DNA of 64,000 bases, from NCBI GenBank assembly GCA_902488975.1, contig CABTYG010000003.1:48723-112722 (forward strand), written 5' to 3'. Source of the stretch: an uncultured Clostridium sp. (GTDB lineage: Bacteria; Bacillota; Clostridia; Lachnospirales; Lachnospiraceae). Under the pieces are notes generated by a model, which saw only the letters and a program-made list of their open reading frames with translations, was not told the DNA's origin and did not search any database. Shown piece by piece: positions 61,880 to 64,000 of this stretch (positions are counted from its first letter, which is position 1; each line of letters begins with the position of its first letter). The position numbers and the translations under genes are program-made.

Positions 61880-63196
61880 ATGGTTGGTGGTATTATTGGT
61901 TTGGGATTAATATCTTATGCTACATATGAATTTCTCAAACAGCGTGATAATGCCAATGATATATGTAATAGTAAAGAACTTAAATCGCTTATGGGCGATG
62001 GGATAAAGTTGAGTTCAAACGTTAGGCTATCAGTTAAACAGAGCAATACTCATATTTTAATGGTGGCACCTTCGGAATCAGGTAAATCACGAAAATTTGT
62101 AATGCACAATGTAAACAGCTTAACTAATTGTTCAATGATAGTGACTGATCCATCTGGTGAGATAGAAACGACATGCAAGCCAACTCAGAAGAAATATATC
62201 TTAAACCCTTTTAGAGATGACACAATTGGATACGACCCATTGTCAAGTTGTAAAGATGAATTTGAAGTAAGAAAAATAGCAAACGTTATTCTGTTAAACG
62301 GAATGAACGCTAACTCGGATAAGAATAAAACTAATCAAAAAGATTGGGTTGGTATGGCTACCCCTTTGTTAAAAGCATACATGTTAATGAATTATTATAC
62401 AAAGAAATATACCTTCGATGAAATGATTCGAAGAATTTGTACAATGCCACTTATGCCGGAACAAGTGAAAGATAAGAATGGTAAAGACGTTGTAATTCAG
62501 TCAATTTTCAACGAAATCATAACTAGTGGAGTGGAATCGGCTATAACTGAAATACTGGCATTTAAACAGGTTATAGCGGCACGAGAGACGTTGTCTAGTA
62601 TACGGACAGTAATGAATACTTGTCTCCAGGTATTCCTTGATAAAAACTTGAAGAAAGTATTTAGAAAACCAAACATTGATTTGTCACAGATAAGAAAAGA
62701 AGAAAGTATTGTGTATATTCAAATACCAGAGCATCATTCGGAATATTTTTCTCCATTGGTAGCAACGTTTCTAACTCAAATGTTTGATAATTACCTAGAG
62801 AATGACGGACTGCAAATGTATTTTATTTTTGATGAATTCGCAAACATAGGGATTATCCCTAATATATGTAGACTATTAAGCACAGCCAGAAAACATTGTA
62901 TGTCAATTGTGGCAGCAATACAGAGTATAAATCAATTAATTACATTGTATGGAGAATCACAAGCGAAAGAGCTAGTTGAATTATTTAAGACTCTAATCGT
63001 ATGTGGGGGATTAAAAGATAGCGCAGAATATGTATCAAACTTATTAGGTACTAGGGAAGAATATAGGAAGGAAAATAAATATATAACACCACTTATGACG
63101 CCCGATGAAATACGTAGATTAAGCAAAGACGATGTGCTTATCGTATGTAACAATAAACGTCCAGTGATTGACAGAATGATGGATATAGTAGCGTAA
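61880..63196 (+). CDS. VirD4/TraG-like type IV coupling protein
   Basis: N-terminal TM; HILMVAPSESGKS, VTDPSGE, FIFDEFANIG, QSINQL...YG, PLMTPDEIRRL. Confidence 0.85.
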   Translation: MVGGIIGLGLISYATYEFLKQRDNANDICNSKELKSLMGDGIKLSSNVRLSVKQSNTHILMVAPSESGKSRKFVMHNVNSLTNCSMIVTDPSGEIETTCKPTQKKYILNPFRDDTIGYDPLSSCKDEFEVRKIANVILLNGMNANSDKNKTNQKDWVGMATPLLKAYMLMNYYTKKYTFDEMIRRICTMPLMPEQVKDKNGKDVVIQSIFNEIITSGVESAITEILAFKQVIAARETLSSIRTVMNTCLQVFLDKNLKKVFRKPNIDLSQIRKEESIVYIQIPEHHSEYFSPLVATFLTQMFDNYLENDGLQMYFIFDEFANIGIIPNICRLLSTARKHCMSIVAAIQSINQLITLYGESQAKELVELFKTLIVCGGLKDSAEYVSNLLGTREEYRKENKYITPLMTPDEIRRLSKDDVLIVCNNKRPVIDRMMDIVA

Positions 63197-63208
63197 AGGA
63201 GATGTGGT

Positions 63209-63799
63209 ATGGCTGGCGATAAGTATAATAATAAAAGTAGTAATACCAGAAAGAAGAATGGCTTTAATAGACCAAATAAGAAGTTCAAAGTAAGTAAACA
63301 GACGATGGATATAATTAAATTTACTGGGATTGTGGGAACTATGTTTTGTTTAAGTGCAATGGATTACTTTAGTACTAAAAGAGAAGATGTTGTATCAGAA
63401 AATACTACAGTGCAATATATCGATTATAAAGATTTTGCCCAAACATACATAGAGAACAATCCAGAAATAATTGAGATAGATGATTTACTTGATGATTATA
63501 AGCAAGCATATACGATAAAAGAAGTAAAAGAAATTGACCAACTTTATCAAGGAAAGTATGTTGAAATCACAGGAGAAATTAACAACGTATACTTAGGATC
63601 AGTAGATGGGAATTTCATCACGCTGAAAGGTAGTGAGAACGGATTTAACAGTATTATGACGGTTGAGTGCAGGTTTACAGATAAGGAAGAAATTAAAGAA
63701 GTTAAAGAGTACAACAAGGGAGATGATATAACTATTCAAGGATATTTCGTAGGGTCTGATGTTTCGAGTGTAATTATTAAAGAAAGTTTAGTCAAATAG
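63209..63799 (+). CDS. membrane-anchored OB-fold protein (tRNA_anti-like)
   Basis: TM segment; YQGKYVEITGEI...KGDDITIQG. Confidence 0.7.
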   Translation: MAGDKYNNKSSNTRKKNGFNRPNKKFKVSKQTMDIIKFTGIVGTMFCLSAMDYFSTKREDVVSENTTVQYIDYKDFAQTYIENNPEIIEIDDLLDDYKQAYTIKEVKEIDQLYQGKYVEITGEINNVYLGSVDGNFITLKGSENGFNSIMTVECRFTDKEEIKEVKEYNKGDDITIQGYFVGSDVSSVIIKESLVK

Positions 63800-64000
63800 G
63801 AGGGGAATGCATGTTAATATTAATTAAATCTAAGAGATATGATACAAGAAGAATGTTTGTTATTTTACGCAAGAGAACAATGTTGATTTGACAAATATAG
63901 GCACAAAAGATAAAATGAATTTAACTAAACAGTTGGTGTGGAACAGAGATTTTATATAGATTGGAGATAATGGATAAAAAATGAAAAATAGAATATTGAG

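Larger units (their letters stand above)
1..64000. mobile_element. SPbeta-like large temperate phage / phage-plasmid (partial; ends not in window)
   Basis: Head-tail gene order, YonO-type RNA polymerase next to the late operon, and no host housekeeping genes in the window. Confidence 0.92.

Overview
This 64-kb, AT-rich window is part of a large SPbeta-like temperate phage or phage-plasmid; the low-GC Firmicutes host, probably Clostridia, is an inference. (1) 1-38,100, minus strand: late/virion operon, read in transcription order as YonK/YonJ-like genes, terminase, portal, scaffold/protease, capsid, head-tail proteins, tail tube, RusA, a tyrosine recombinase, tape measure, Dit, tail protein with an S74 chaperone, and a BppU protein with a metallophosphoesterase domain. 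The large terminase and the tape measure are each split by a group I intron carrying a homing endonuclease, and splicing restores both reading frames exactly. (2) 38,100-44,100, minus strand: structured late leader, a YonO-type single-subunit RNA polymerase and regulators. (3) 44,300-48,100, plus strand: ParM/ParR-like, FtsK, Replic_Relax and NERD genes. (4) 48,100-50,100: long non-coding segment with repeats and a divergent XRE/early promoter switch. (5) 50,100-64,000, plus strand: early/accessory region with a hammerhead ribozyme, about 1 kb of structured non-coding RNA, a twister ribozyme, many small genes, a J-domain protein, a DUF4942-like methyltransferase, a second tyrosine recombinase and a VirD4-like ATPase. 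The most striking unexplained pattern is an 18-bp palindrome, ATRRAA-N6-TTYYAT, at the 3' end of most small early genes, in an array ending at an intact tyrosine recombinase; this suggests an integron-like gene-cassette system. All protein family calls come from motif recognition and gene order, not from database searches.
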